DNA from: Nitrososphaeraceae archaeon
GTDB taxonomy: Archaea > Thermoproteota > Nitrososphaeria > Nitrososphaerales > Nitrososphaeraceae
Direction of reading: 5' to 3'
Assembly (NCBI GenBank): GCA_050043595.1
Contig: JBNAIF010000127.1
Location: forward strand, 43 to 64,042
DNA length: 64,000 nt
The notes under the pieces are model-generated. The model saw nothing but the letters and a program-made list of their open reading frames with translations, did not search any database and had not been told where the DNA came from. The translations under genes were made by a program, and so were the position numbers. Positions 9,514 through 20,990 of the stretch are shown here, piece after piece; within the stretch, counting starts at the first letter, position 1; every line of letters starts with the position of its first letter.

Positions 9514-10948
9514 CTGAAAGATATACTACATCATTTTTATTTTTCTGTTTTTTATTATTACTATTATTATCATCATTACTAATACTGTCGAGTGACTTTT
9601 CTGTCTGATTATCTTTATTGGTCAATTTGTCATCCTCATTATCAGACATTTCTTTCTTTTTCTTTCCTCTTTTTCCAAATAGAGATGAAAAAAAGCTTTT
9701 CTTTTTATTATTTTCACTAGAATTATTTTCTAACTTATTTGGAGTTTCTGATGATAATTTTACTTCTTGATTGTCTTTGATAATATCTAGATTATTTTTA
9801 TTTTTCAAATAATCCTCTTCTTTGTTGTGATATTCTTTTTCTACTATAGACTTGGTTTCTTGTTTAGATTCATCGCCAGTATAAGTAGGTATTTTTTCAT
9901 GTTCTAAGACAGTATTTTCAAGATTATCAAGATTATTTGTAATTTCGTTTTTGTCATGTACTAGTGTAGTATCTTTCTCCAAAATAGATTCTATTTTGTT
10001 TGGAACAACATAATTTTTTTTATCGATGAGAGAAATTGAAGAATTAAAGATTGATTCTACGAATTTATTTAAATCAAATGTTATTATATCGTCATATCCT
10101 TGACCTACTCCGAGAAAAATAATGGGTTTTGAAGTTAAATGTGATATAGAAATAATTGCCCCTCCTTTCGCGTCTGCATCAGTTTTAGTTAAAATGGCTC
10201 CATCAAAATTTGTATATTCAAAGAATTCTTGTGCTTGATAAATCGCATCGTTACCTGCTAATGAATCACCTACAAAAATCTTGAGATTAGGTTTTATAAC
10301 ATTCACTATTTTACCAATTTCAGCCATAAGATTTTTTGCAGTTTGCATTCTGCCTGCAGTATCAATCAGAACTGCGTCGATTCTATGTTTTTTAGCATAT
10401 TCTACTGCATCTCTGGCTACAGCTGAAGGGTCAGCACCATATCGTTGATGTATTAATTTTAATGATAAACGATTAGCATGTTCATCTAGCTGTTCTATTG
10501 CTCCTGCTCTATGAGTATCACCTGCAGCCAAAACTACTGAAAAACCGTTATTACGGATAAGATTTCCTACTTTGGCCACTGTAGTAGTTTTTCCTGTTCC
10601 GTTTATTCCAAGAAATAGAATTATGAAAGGTCCTTCCTTTTTTAATTTTGAATCTTCAATTTTCTTTAAAAGATCTAATTTGCCTGACCTTGATATTATT
10701 TCATATATAGAGCTTTTTACATTGGATTGAATTACTTCTTGAACGGTTTGTTCCTTTTTGATTTCTAGTCCCAGTAATTTGGATTTCAAGTTTTTGGAAA
10801 TATCATCTATAACTTCTTGTGCTACATCACTTTCTAATAATTCCAATTCTAGATCAAATAAATTATTTTCTAGATCTTTTTCAGAAATTTCTTTTTTACT
10901 TATATCAGAAACTACATTTGAAAAAGCTTTTTTTAATTTATCGAACAT
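9482..10948 (-). CDS. ftsY: SRP receptor FtsY with long C-terminal low-complexity extension
   Basis: GINGTGKTTT, DTHRAGAIEQL, DTAGR, TKTDADAKGG and GVGQGYDD SRP-GTPase motifs; downstream of pfdA. Confidence 0.97.
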   Translation of the reverse strand: MFDKLKKAFSNVVSDISKKEISEKDLENNLFDLELELLESDVAQEVIDDISKNLKSKLLGLEIKKEQTVQEVIQSNVKSSIYEIISRSGKLDLLKKIEDSKLKKEGPFIILFLGINGTGKTTTVAKVGNLIRNNGFSVVLAAGDTHRAGAIEQLDEHANRLSLKLIHQRYGADPSAVARDAVEYAKKHRIDAVLIDTAGRMQTAKNLMAEIGKIVNVIKPNLKIFVGDSLAGNDAIYQAQEFFEYTNFDGAILTKTDADAKGGAIISISHLTSKPIIFLGVGQGYDDIITFDLNKFVESIFNSSISLIDKKNYVVPNKIESILEKDTTLVHDKNEITNNLDNLENTVLEHEKIPTYTGDESKQETKSIVEKEYHNKEEDYLKNKNNLDIIKDNQEVKLSSETPNKLENNSSENNKKKSFFSSLFGKRGKKKKEMSDNEDDKLTNKDNQTEKSLDSISNDDNNSNNKKQKNKNDVVYLSDEDIDELLKE

Positions 10949-11016
10949 AGTAAGATATGACTAATTTAATAATAATATGGTAAATTATGTTTTATGTATT
11001 GTTGTTAATACTATGA

Positions 11017-11538
11017 TTATCCGGTACCAGAAGCGTTTTGAGCGCTAGGATTATGCGATTGATTGAACTGTGGAGATCTGGATTGTGTACCAGCGACAGA
11101 AGCTTGTCGTAACATACTATTTATTTGATGTTGTATTTGCTCAAGCTGGTTTGTAATCTGTTGTTTTTGTTGAGTTAATTGAGTTAAAGCTAGTTCAAAT
11201 TCTTTTATACGTGATTCTATATAATTTAGAGTATCTTCTTTGGTTTTTTCCAGAGTTACGCCAGCCCCTACATTTACCAAAAGTTTTGTAATTTGAGGGA
11301 TGTTTGCTTTGATAAAGACTCCGGTTCCAATAGGCATCAAAGATTCAGTTTCGTTATTGGAATTGATATTTTGGAGTGCATTAGATGCTAAACGAGCTTC
11401 CTCAAGTAACCTGGCAACAGTTGCTTCTCGTCCTGCAATTTCATTTAAATATAACTCTAAATTTCGAGATTGTTGAGCCATTTCATTTATTCGCTGTTCC
11501 ATCATGGCTCTTTGAGAATTTGATAAATTATTACTCAT
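11017..11538 (-). CDS. pfdA: prefoldin alpha subunit
   Basis: Coiled coil / beta hairpins (LMPIGTGVFIKA, LLVNVGAGVTLEK) / coiled coil; pfdA-ftsY synteny. Confidence 0.93.
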   Translation of the reverse strand: MSNNLSNSQRAMMEQRINEMAQQSRNLELYLNEIAGREATVARLLEEARLASNALQNINSNNETESLMPIGTGVFIKANIPQITKLLVNVGAGVTLEKTKEDTLNYIESRIKEFELALTQLTQQKQQITNQLEQIQHQINSMLRQASVAGTQSRSPQFNQSHNPSAQNASGTG

Positions 11539-11611
11539 TAGTTAAGTAAATTATTTCATATCCATTTATAATTGTGGCGAAAATATTTTGGTCGTAATAA
11601 ATAAAATAGTA

Positions 11612-12637
11612 TTAAATTCTAGAAATTTTTATCATATTTACCATTTTAACTTCCATACCATAACGATCTTCATTAGTTTTCATATGATTATATATACGTA
11701 ATAAATCATAGGAATTTTTCAAAAAATTAAAAGTGCCTGAGATTTTCATCAAAATAAAATTGAAGACTATTGAATAAATCTTAAAGTTCGATATTATTTT
11801 GTCTCTATATGAAGAAAGATTAAAAATATTATTTATAAAAATTTCTGCACAAACAGTTGAGGGAATTATGCCTTCTCCAAGTAATGGATATACTGTACCT
11901 ATAGATTCGCCAACTCCTATCGTTTTTCTATTATCAGTAAAAGGTTCAGACATTATTGGTGGACTAATTCTTACTGGTCGTCCATTTTTTTTGATTATAT
12001 CGCATTTATGTTTTTTTAAAAATGATTCAACAAATTCATTATGACGTTTTCTAGTGAAATCACCAGCTCCGATATGAGCATATCCATTTCCCAATGGAAA
12101 ATACCAAAAATATCCAGACATTGATGGAAATCCTTTCAGGTAAAAATCATCAAAAGGAATATCGTTATTATCGTTGTATTTAACTTTATACTGTACACAT
12201 GGAATCCACATTTCATATTCTAAACGTGGTAAGTAATTACGATGAAATCCTGTGGAATCGATAATAAGATCATACTCAGATTCTAATAATTCTTTTTTTG
12301 GTGCTTTTCCAAAATGGATCTTAGTTCCCTTTATCATATCTTGAATAAGTTGTAGTTTATCGTAGCTAACCATTCCTTTTAATCCTACATCAACTGATTT
12401 TTTGTGCAAGTCGACATGCATTGTTTTGCCATCATGAAGAATATAATTTTCAAAATTTAACCCGCATTTTTTTGCATAATCATGCATAACATTTTTACAA
12501 GTAGCCCATGCACATACTGCATCATGATCATTTTCTTGCATCCTTTCAAAACCAACAACTTGAATATCATGAAAATTGGAAAGTTGATTCATAAGATAAG
12601 CTCCTGATACACCAATACCGACTACAGCTACTTTCAT
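11612..12637 (-). CDS. FAD-dependent oxidoreductase, geranylgeranyl reductase-like
   Basis: MKVAVVGIGVSG Rossmann motif (start moved to ATG 12637), GYFWYFP, VGESIGTVYPLLGEGI. Confidence 0.8.
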   Translation of the reverse strand: MKVAVVGIGVSGAYLMNQLSNFHDIQVVGFERMQENDHDAVCAWATCKNVMHDYAKKCGLNFENYILHDGKTMHVDLHKKSVDVGLKGMVSYDKLQLIQDMIKGTKIHFGKAPKKELLESEYDLIIDSTGFHRNYLPRLEYEMWIPCVQYKVKYNDNNDIPFDDFYLKGFPSMSGYFWYFPLGNGYAHIGAGDFTRKRHNEFVESFLKKHKCDIIKKNGRPVRISPPIMSEPFTDNRKTIGVGESIGTVYPLLGEGIIPSTVCAEIFINNIFNLSSYRDKIISNFKIYSIVFNFILMKISGTFNFLKNSYDLLRIYNHMKTNEDRYGMEVKMVNMIKISRI

Positions 12638-12738
12638 GAATATATAATGAGATATTACAAAATAAAAAGATATAGAGACCCAAAATAGATTCATGAAAAT
12701 ATTAAATTAATAAATATGATAGAATTTAATTATATAAA

Positions 12739-12948
12739 GTGGGTAGAAGAGAAATTCCTGGTACTGCTAGAGCAGGGATAGGTATTCTTATAGTTGGCGC
12801 AATATTAGTAGGTGTTGGAACATATCAAGAAAGAGAACCTCTATCGGTATATGGAGCAATAATGGCATTTTTAGGTTTTATTTTATATATTACAACATCA
12901 ATTTATGTATCTAAAAAAAGTAAACAAAAAAAAGATTATTCTAGATAA
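12739..12948 (+). CDS. small two-TM membrane protein
   Basis: Two hydrophobic helices and a basic C-tail; overlaps the leuS stop by 13 nt (convergent). Confidence 0.7.
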   Translation: MGRREIPGTARAGIGILIVGAILVGVGTYQEREPLSVYGAIMAFLGFILYITTSIYVSKKSKQKKDYSR

Positions 12949-15900
12949 ATTGCTGGTTTAAACGGTCTAGAAAATTTTGACCTGAATTTTGGGTCATATT
13001 TATTAAGATCGTTGTCACTAAAAATTACAAGTTTTGCGGAAGAATGTGTTTCGGACAGTATAAATTTAGTAAAATAATTTATAATATTAATTTCATCAAA
13101 TTCATTTATTTTTAATCTATTATTTTGGGATTCAGATGAATCTGAAAGTATATCATCTACAATTTTTTTTATTAAATTAGGATCTTTTCTTGCAAAATAA
13201 GTTTCTTGATCAGAGATAATTAATTTCATAATATTGCTAAAATTTTTCTCTTTTTTTATTGCAATGGTTGTTAAAATTTTTTTATAGATAAGTTTTTTTT
13301 GGTTATTTGAACAATAAACATATATTTTAGTAAAAGATTTTTTAGTTACTTTGATTATTTTATTTATATCATTAACCAAATTTATTATGAAATTTTCAGA
13401 TTCTATTGCAAGTGGATCTATTTTATCTTCATGAATACTAGGCCAAGAACTATTTATTATAAAGTCCTTATTTCCAAATTTATGCCATATCTCTTCACAA
13501 ATAAATGGAGCAAAAATAGATATAATTTTTATTCGAATGATAAAATATAATAATAAAATTGTATTAGAAGTTTTGTATTGTTTTTTATCATATTGCATTG
13601 AATCAACAAATTTTTTATATAATTGTATATCTTGATCAAAAACATAAAGGATTTTATGTATTATATCACGTATACGTAAATTATCTAAGAGAAAATTTAT
13701 TTCCAATATACTATTTTGTAATTTACTAATTAACCAGTTATCTTCAAGATTTAAAGTACAATTTTCAGAGATATAAAGATATAGAGAACTTTCTAGGTCT
13801 GTAAGAATATTAGAATCATGGAATTCCAAAGATTTTAAATGATTTTGAAAGAATATACTGAAACTATAGATATCAGATAATTTTGAACGTATAGATTTAG
13901 CTATAGTAAACGAAAAATCAGCGTCCTGAAGTAATTCAGCAGAAATTAATATGGATAATCTAATAGTATCTGCACCATAATTACTTATTGCCTGCCGTAA
14001 TGGAATTATATTTCCTATAGATTTTGACATTTTTTTTCCTTCCATCATAACTGAACCGTTAACGACTATTTGTTTTGGCCAGAATTTTGATTCAAAAATT
14101 GCAATGTGATTAAAAATAAAAAAAGATAAATGATTTGGTATTAGATCTCTTCCAGAATGTCTAGAATCAACCGGATAGAAATACAAAAATTCATTTCTAA
14201 TGTCATGTATTAAAGATGATGGAGCGCCAATTTTTTTTGATATTTCATTGACACGTCCTATTCCAAAAATAACATAATCAAAAAAAGAGTTTTCAATATT
14301 TTCTATATTTTTTGAGTTTAATGAATCATTGTTTACAAATTTAGATAAAATATAATATACCATATATATAGAGGAGTCAGAAAGACTCTCAATAATCCAA
14401 TTGTGATCCCATGGTAAAGTAGTTCCAAGTCCAGATTTTCGAGCACAAGCTCTTTCTTTTAGCCAATCGGTTACATTATGAAATTCTTGTTTAATTTCAG
14501 TAGGAAGAATTTTTAAACCATTGTCCAAATAATGATGTACTTGTTGTTTCCATTCTTTGTCTCCATAATTAATAAACCATTGATCAGTTAGTAACTTAAC
14601 AAAACACTCTGAACCACATCTACATTTTACTGGTTTAATTAATTCATAGAAAATTTCTCCTTGTTGTTTAGTTATAATATTATTTTTTATTTTTTCTTTT
14701 GCGTCTTTAACAGACATGCCAGAATATATACCTGTATTTTTGGACATATAACCATTATAATATTCATGTAAATATAGTTCATTTGTAGCCTTTTCTAATA
14801 ATGAATCATTTTGATTAGTAATATTAAATTTTTTAATGACATTTAAAGAAGATAATGAATCTGGATTATTAACATGTGTTGAATTATTATCAACATCTAT
14901 AATTTTGATAGGAGTTATATTTGGATCTAAATTATATGTTGGAAGTAATTTTATATTATTTTTTAAATCTTTTAAAGCTTGGTAATCATATGGAGCATGT
15001 GCAGGGACTGACATTACTATACCGGTACCAGTATCTGATTTAACAAAATATCCTGGATATATCAATGTTCTATTATTCGTTTGTGGATTTGTTACTATTT
15101 GTCCAATCAAATCTTTTCCTTGTATATTACTTTCTATAGTAATATTATGATCTAAAAATTCTAATTTTTTTGCTGCTTCCTTACTTACTATCCACTTTTC
15201 ATCATCAATACTTATTTGTACGTACGTTATTTGTGGATTAATCCAAAGATTAGTAACACCGAAGATAGTTTCTGGTCGTAATGTAGCAGTAGGAATAATT
15301 ACTTTATTCTCTAATCGAAATTTTATTAATGTATATTCATTAAACTCTGGCTCTACATCTCCTAAAGTATCATGTTGGCTTACAGGATTTCTATCATTTG
15401 GACACCATCCAACAGGATGTGAACCTTGTATAATTAGGTTCTTATTTCGTAAAGTTGTAAATTGCCATATTATAAATTTTGAATATAGTTTATCAATAGT
15501 AGTAAATTCTCTTCTCCAATCAATAGAATAACCCATATCTTTCATCCCCAACTTAATCTCATTGTGAAAATATTTTGCAATTTGTTTGGCTTCTGAAAAG
15601 GATTCGATAACATCATCAGATAATTTATATACGTTCTTAAAAGTATCTATTAAATTAGTATCTCCTTCGTTTACTCTTCTGGACATTGCTAGTATTGGAG
15701 TACCTGTATAATGAAATCCCATAGGGAATAACACATTATTGCCTTTCATTCTTAGATAACGAGCATGAGCGTCTGCTAATGTATATGTTCGGCCATGACC
15801 AATGTGTTGTGGTGAATTGGGATATGGAAATGCTACAGTAATAAAATATTTGTGTTTGTTTTTATCTACATTTGTTTCAAATAGTTTACTTGAATCCCAT

Positions 15901-16004
15901 TTTGATTTCCATCTCTTTTCAATATCATTCCAATCAATGACAATATTATTATGATTTGAAATTTTTGTTGAAATGTTTGATTGTTTGGTTTGTTCGTTAA
16001 TCAT
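12936..16004 (-). CDS. leuS: leucine--tRNA ligase (archaeal type)
   Basis: FPYPNSPQHIGH, ATLRPET, VMSVPAHAPYD and KMSKS motifs. Confidence 0.98.
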   Translation of the reverse strand: MINEQTKQSNISTKISNHNNIVIDWNDIEKRWKSKWDSSKLFETNVDKNKHKYFITVAFPYPNSPQHIGHGRTYTLADAHARYLRMKGNNVLFPMGFHYTGTPILAMSRRVNEGDTNLIDTFKNVYKLSDDVIESFSEAKQIAKYFHNEIKLGMKDMGYSIDWRREFTTIDKLYSKFIIWQFTTLRNKNLIIQGSHPVGWCPNDRNPVSQHDTLGDVEPEFNEYTLIKFRLENKVIIPTATLRPETIFGVTNLWINPQITYVQISIDDEKWIVSKEAAKKLEFLDHNITIESNIQGKDLIGQIVTNPQTNNRTLIYPGYFVKSDTGTGIVMSVPAHAPYDYQALKDLKNNIKLLPTYNLDPNITPIKIIDVDNNSTHVNNPDSLSSLNVIKKFNITNQNDSLLEKATNELYLHEYYNGYMSKNTGIYSGMSVKDAKEKIKNNIITKQQGEIFYELIKPVKCRCGSECFVKLLTDQWFINYGDKEWKQQVHHYLDNGLKILPTEIKQEFHNVTDWLKERACARKSGLGTTLPWDHNWIIESLSDSSIYMVYYILSKFVNNDSLNSKNIENIENSFFDYVIFGIGRVNEISKKIGAPSSLIHDIRNEFLYFYPVDSRHSGRDLIPNHLSFFIFNHIAIFESKFWPKQIVVNGSVMMEGKKMSKSIGNIIPLRQAISNYGADTIRLSILISAELLQDADFSFTIAKSIRSKLSDIYSFSIFFQNHLKSLEFHDSNILTDLESSLYLYISENCTLNLEDNWLISKLQNSILEINFLLDNLRIRDIIHKILYVFDQDIQLYKKFVDSMQYDKKQYKTSNTILLLYFIIRIKIISIFAPFICEEIWHKFGNKDFIINSSWPSIHEDKIDPLAIESENFIINLVNDINKIIKVTKKSFTKIYVYCSNNQKKLIYKKILTTIAIKKEKNFSNIMKLIISDQETYFARKDPNLIKKIVDDILSDSSESQNNRLKINEFDEINIINYFTKFILSETHSSAKLVIFSDNDLNKYDPKFRSKFSRPFKPAIYLE

Positions 16005-16016
16005 CTTTATATTATC

Positions 16017-18758
16017 CTATTTATTATTTACATAATTGTTAGCTGATGCTATGACTTGTTTAATTCGATGTTTATGTTTTCCTCCTCCTTGTCCAAATTT
16101 TGCATCTCCGCCACCCGAGCCACCCAATTCATTTGAAAAAGCTTTTGCTATTTTACCTGCATGAAAATTATATTGCTGTGCTTTCTCACCTGCAAATACT
16201 ACAACACGAATTCCATTATCTTTTATAATTAATGAAATATATAAAAGAAATGGATCAAAATGTACAGATTGCATGCCAATTGCGATATGATATTCATCAT
16301 CTAATTCATCATCATAATCAACATACATTTTAATTCCATCTGCAGTAATTTGTTTTGATGAAGAAGAAATATATTGTGCCATTATTGGAGCAATTTTTCT
16401 TTGAATTATTTTTATTTTAGTTTTTAGTCTTTCATAATCTTTAAAATACCTATTGAATGAATCGAGCATCTTATCTTTACTTGAACCCAATGAGCTGGTT
16501 ATTGATTGTATAGATTTATCTTGGTTATTAATATAATTTGTTGCTTTTTGTCCGGCAACAAATTCTAGTCTAACTACACCATCTTGAATTCTTTCTGATT
16601 TAATGATTTTAATTATACCTAATTCACCTGTTTTACTTACGTGTGTTCCACCACATGCCTCTATATCAAATCCATCAATATTAACAATCCTAACTATATT
16701 TGATGGAACTACTCCACCCTGATAGATACGAAATGAAAATTTTTGTTCGCTTTCTCCTCTTTTGTATTCATTAATATCAACAGATAAATTTTTCATTATA
16801 GTAATATTTGCAATTTTTTCAATTTTTTCAATTTCATTTCTTTTTAAAGCAGAATGATGAGTGATATCTAGACGTCCGTGATTCTCGTCCTTATACGCAG
16901 AATTTTGCCAAACCCAAGAACCTAACGTATTACGAGCAGATGCATTTAGTATATGGGTTGCAGTATGATGTTTAGTAATTGATTCCCGTCTAGTATAATT
17001 TATTTTGCAGAATTCGATATCTCCTTCATGAATTGATTTGATATCAGAAACTTTATGCAAAACTATATCATCTTGTTTTACAACATCCAAAACTCTTGTA
17101 TTACCGATACTTCCTGTATCTGGTTCTTGTCCTCCACCTCTTGGGTAAAAAGCTGTTTTATCCAAAATTATATATTTATTATTTAATATGCGAAGTACCT
17201 TGGATGAAAAATTTTGTAATTTATTGTCAGTATAATATAATAATTTCGTAGGAGGTAGATCATCTATTCCGGAAATATTTTCAGTACTATTTGATTTTTT
17301 ATTTTCAGAATGAAGTTGTGCTAACTTAACGTAAAAATTTGAAGGAATTTCATCTATTGCATTTGATTCTTTTAGAAGATCAGGAGTAATTCCATCAGAT
17401 TCATAAAATCGTATTAAATCATCTACATTTAAATTGATTTTATCTTTTTTAATGTTCATAATTATATCATTCATTCTTTGCTTAGTGTTAGCATATCTTT
17501 GTGACTCTAATTTGAGTATAGTAATAACTTCGTCTTTATGTTCCTCTAATTCTGGATACATATTTTTTAAATATTTAATATGTTCTTCTATTACATTACC
17601 AATATCTATTTGCCACTTAAATCTATCAATTATAGAAAGAATACGTCGTAATAAAATTCTTAAATTATATCCCCCACCTACATTTGAAGGCAAAGAACCA
17701 TCAGAAATAGCAAATAAGAGTGTCCTAGAATGATCTGCAATTGTATAGATAGCCTCATATGTAGAAATGATATTCTGAAATTCATTATATGGTATTTGAA
17801 GATCCTTAGCAATAGATATTTTCAATTTTGAAATATTATTTCTTAGATTGATATCATCATCAAATTCGTTTAATTTCTTTGAAATCGATTTAAAATAATT
17901 TGATAAAAATGAAGTATTAGTAGAAATACCGGTTATATTTTCTAAGTAGTTTATAACTGAACCGAAAGTGCAATCATAACTTGTTGGAGTCCCCATAGTT
18001 ATCCATGAAAGTCGTTCTAATCCAGCACCCATGTCTATTATTTTATTTTTAAGCTGTTTGTAATTATTTTCATTTCCTTCGAATTCTGTAAAAACAGCAT
18101 TACCTAATTCCAATCCACGTACAAAATATTCTAGAGAATATCCGAATGCACCAGCTCCCATCCAAACATCCTCTACATAGGTTATCTCTTCTGATGGTAT
18201 ACCAAGTACTTTTGTTAACATTCCATGGTCTAAATCAATACATTGATCTTTCCAATAACCACCTGGTATATCAGCATTACAAGTCTGACCAATCATACAA
18301 AAACTAGTATAATGTCTGCCACTTAATCCAACATTTTCAATATCATTAAATCGTAAACACATTTGTGGTACAACTAACGGATTTGATGGTAATTCGAAGA
18401 TTACTTTGTTTCTTATCACACGTTGGAAATCGACTATTGATGCAATGGTATAATATAGATCTTCACGCCATCTGCAAACAACAGGATAACGTCGAACTAT
18501 TGAATGATCTTTTGAAACAAAGTAATCTTCAATTTCTTTCCAAGTATTTACATAATCTAATCTTCTTTTAGTAGGAGGATTGTCAATAAATGTATAATTT
18601 TCATGATCTGGACAATTCTTTTTTTCGATTATTGTCCAAAAAAATTTATTGCATATAGTACATTGTTTTCTGGTATAACCTAGCTTATCAAATAATGAAA
18701 CTTTATAGTATTTATCGTAATTAGCTGAAAAAAGACTAGCAATTTCTTTTTTGCCCAA
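16017..18758 (-). CDS. alaS: alanine--tRNA ligase
   Basis: TIASIVDFQ, editing domain HHTATH and EACGGTH, C-Ala GGSGGG. Confidence 0.98.
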   Translation of the reverse strand: MGKKEIASLFSANYDKYYKVSLFDKLGYTRKQCTICNKFFWTIIEKKNCPDHENYTFIDNPPTKRRLDYVNTWKEIEDYFVSKDHSIVRRYPVVCRWREDLYYTIASIVDFQRVIRNKVIFELPSNPLVVPQMCLRFNDIENVGLSGRHYTSFCMIGQTCNADIPGGYWKDQCIDLDHGMLTKVLGIPSEEITYVEDVWMGAGAFGYSLEYFVRGLELGNAVFTEFEGNENNYKQLKNKIIDMGAGLERLSWITMGTPTSYDCTFGSVINYLENITGISTNTSFLSNYFKSISKKLNEFDDDINLRNNISKLKISIAKDLQIPYNEFQNIISTYEAIYTIADHSRTLLFAISDGSLPSNVGGGYNLRILLRRILSIIDRFKWQIDIGNVIEEHIKYLKNMYPELEEHKDEVITILKLESQRYANTKQRMNDIIMNIKKDKINLNVDDLIRFYESDGITPDLLKESNAIDEIPSNFYVKLAQLHSENKKSNSTENISGIDDLPPTKLLYYTDNKLQNFSSKVLRILNNKYIILDKTAFYPRGGGQEPDTGSIGNTRVLDVVKQDDIVLHKVSDIKSIHEGDIEFCKINYTRRESITKHHTATHILNASARNTLGSWVWQNSAYKDENHGRLDITHHSALKRNEIEKIEKIANITIMKNLSVDINEYKRGESEQKFSFRIYQGGVVPSNIVRIVNIDGFDIEACGGTHVSKTGELGIIKIIKSERIQDGVVRLEFVAGQKATNYINNQDKSIQSITSSLGSSKDKMLDSFNRYFKDYERLKTKIKIIQRKIAPIMAQYISSSSKQITADGIKMYVDYDDELDDEYHIAIGMQSVHFDPFLLYISLIIKDNGIRVVVFAGEKAQQYNFHAGKIAKAFSNELGGSGGGDAKFGQGGGKHKHRIKQVIASANNYVNNK

Positions 18759-18828
18759 CTAATTTTACGATGACAATTGTCTATATTAATGCTTTTAATT
18801 AGATGTTAATGAAATAAAGAAAAAATAA

Positions 18829-19179
18829 TTAGTTGTTATTAGTCAAAGAATCTTCTATAAATTTTTGATATGCTTCTTTTGGAGCTGCTCCAACAGTTCT
18901 TGATATCTCCTTACCATTATTAAAAAGAACCAGTGAGGGAATAGATTGTATCCCATACTTTACAGCAATTTCTTGATTTTCATCTACATTTAGTTTAGCA
19001 ATTTTAACCTTTCCAGATAATGATTGAGCTAATTGTTCTACAGCTGGACCAACCATTCTACATGGTCCACACCATTCAGCCCAGAAATCTACGAAAACAG
19101 GTAACTGCGATTTTAACACTTCATCATCCCAGGAAGCAGTGCTCACATGAGTGAGTTTACCATCATTAGATTCTACCAT
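18829..19179 (-). CDS. trxA: thioredoxin
   Basis: DFWAEWCGPC, IQSIP. Confidence 0.97.
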   Translation of the reverse strand: MVESNDGKLTHVSTASWDDEVLKSQLPVFVDFWAEWCGPCRMVGPAVEQLAQSLSGKVKIAKLNVDENQEIAVKYGIQSIPSLVLFNNGKEISRTVGAAPKEAYQKFIEDSLTNNN

Positions 19180-19309
19180 ATTTTACATGCGTGACAAGGA
19201 TATTTGAATCATACTAAAATATTTATGTCATCTGCTTATAATTGTGCATTAATTATAGTTTAAAAGATAAATTAGTCTAGGTTAAATTTAATATATTTAG
19301 GTTTTAAAA

Positions 19310-20656
19310 TTGAATGACAATAGTATTATTAGTGAACAAGAGTTAGGTGAATTAAGAAAAACTCATTATACAATTGAAGTTAATCCATCATTAGAAGGTC
19401 AAACAGTGACTTTAATGGGTTGGATTTCTAGTATACGTGATCACGGAAATATACAATTTGTAATGTTAAGAGATAAAGAAGGTGAATTGCAAATCATTTT
19501 CAAGAAGAATCAATGTTCTGACAAGTTATATGAATCGGTCAAAGATATTAAAGAACATACATCATTATCTATAAGTGGGAAAGTAATAAAACAAGAAAAA
19601 GCACCAAATAAGGTAGAAATTATTCCATTAGAGATAAGAATATTTTCTTTACCTACAAAATCAGCACCATTTTTAATGCAAAATAAAAATCCAGCTGGAA
19701 TTGATACTAGGTTAGATCTAAGAGCAATTGATTTAAGAAGAAAATATTTGCAAAACATATTTGTTTTACGTAATACCATTTTACGATCAGTAAGAGAATT
19801 CTTATTTAATGAAAAATTTTTAGAAATAACAACACCGAAAATAATTGCTACAGCTTCAGAAGGAGGTACTGCATTATTTCCGATATTTTACTATGATAGG
19901 GAAGCGTTTTTAGCTCAAAGTCCTCAGATTTATAAAGAACAATTAACAATGGCTTTTGAGAATGTTTTTGAAATAGGCCCTATATTTAGGGCAGAACCTT
20001 CTAGAACTAATAGACATCTTTCAGAAGCTACATCTATAGACGTAGAAAAAGCATTTGTTACGTATAACGACATTATGAACATAACTGAAAATATGATTAA
20101 ATTTGTAATTCATTCATTAAATAAAATAAATCCTCAAGAAATAAAAAATCTTGGTATAAAAGTAGAAAATATAAATATAAAAGATCCTTTTCCAAGATAC
20201 AAATATTCCGATCTAATAGAAATGTTGAATGCGAAAGGAGTTCGGATTAGATGGGGTGATGATCTTTCGCCAAAGGTCATTAAGAAATTAGAAGATAGAA
20301 GAATGAATGGATTTTACTTTATTACGGATTGGCCTACAACAAGCAAACCTTTTTACGTTAAAGAAAAATTATTGGATTCAAAACTTTGTGAATCATTTGA
20401 TTTGATGTATGAATCACTTGAAATTTCTTCAGGAAGCACTAGAATCAATAACAAAAAACATTTAATAGAAAAAATGAAGAAAAAAAGATTAAATCTGGAC
20501 GCTTTTGACTACCATTTACGTATATTTGATTATGGAGTTCCACCTCATGCAGGATGTGGAATTGGATTAGAGAGATTATTAATGTCCATAACTAAGATAG
20601 ATAATATTAGAGATATGATTTTATATCCAAGAGATATTGATCGGTTAATTCCATAA
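19310..20656 (+). CDS. aspS: aspartate--tRNA(Asp/Asn) ligase (probably non-discriminating)
   Basis: OB-fold N-terminus, [33 protein letters not shown]; co-transcribed with gatCAB. Confidence 0.97.
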   Translation: MNDNSIISEQELGELRKTHYTIEVNPSLEGQTVTLMGWISSIRDHGNIQFVMLRDKEGELQIIFKKNQCSDKLYESVKDIKEHTSLSISGKVIKQEKAPNKVEIIPLEIRIFSLPTKSAPFLMQNKNPAGIDTRLDLRAIDLRRKYLQNIFVLRNTILRSVREFLFNEKFLEITTPKIIATASEGGTALFPIFYYDREAFLAQSPQIYKEQLTMAFENVFEIGPIFRAEPSRTNRHLSEATSIDVEKAFVTYNDIMNITENMIKFVIHSLNKINPQEIKNLGIKVENINIKDPFPRYKYSDLIEMLNAKGVRIRWGDDLSPKVIKKLEDRRMNGFYFITDWPTTSKPFYVKEKLLDSKLCESFDLMYESLEISSGSTRINNKKHLIEKMKKKRLNLDAFDYHLRIFDYGVPPHAGCGIGLERLLMSITKIDNIRDMILYPRDIDRLIP

Positions 20657-20714
20657 TCCAAAAGTAAGAAAATAAAAAATATATGAAAGAATCAATAAAA
20701 AAATAAGATTATAC

Positions 20715-20987
20715 ATGGTTTCAAAAGAAAAATTAAAACATATTAGCAATCTTTCAAAATTAGAATTATCTGAGGAAGAATTTGACATATATGCTAATCA
20801 AATAAATAGAATTATAGAGTACTTAGATAAACTAGATTCAATTTCTTTAGACGATTACGAATTTGTTAAAATTTCAAAAAAATATACTGAATTAAGAGAA
20901 GATAAAGTACAACCATTTACTGGCAGTTTAAATAATGTAATTAAGAATAAAAAGAATGATTTTGTAAAGGGTCCAAGGATGATGTGA
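20715..20987 (+). CDS. gatC: Asp/Glu-tRNA amidotransferase subunit C
   Basis: HISNLSKLELSEEE..LREDKV..FVKGPR; precedes gatA. Confidence 0.9.
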   Translation: MVSKEKLKHISNLSKLELSEEEFDIYANQINRIIEYLDKLDSISLDDYEFVKISKKYTELREDKVQPFTGSLNNVIKNKKNDFVKGPRMM

Positions 20988-20990
20988 TAA

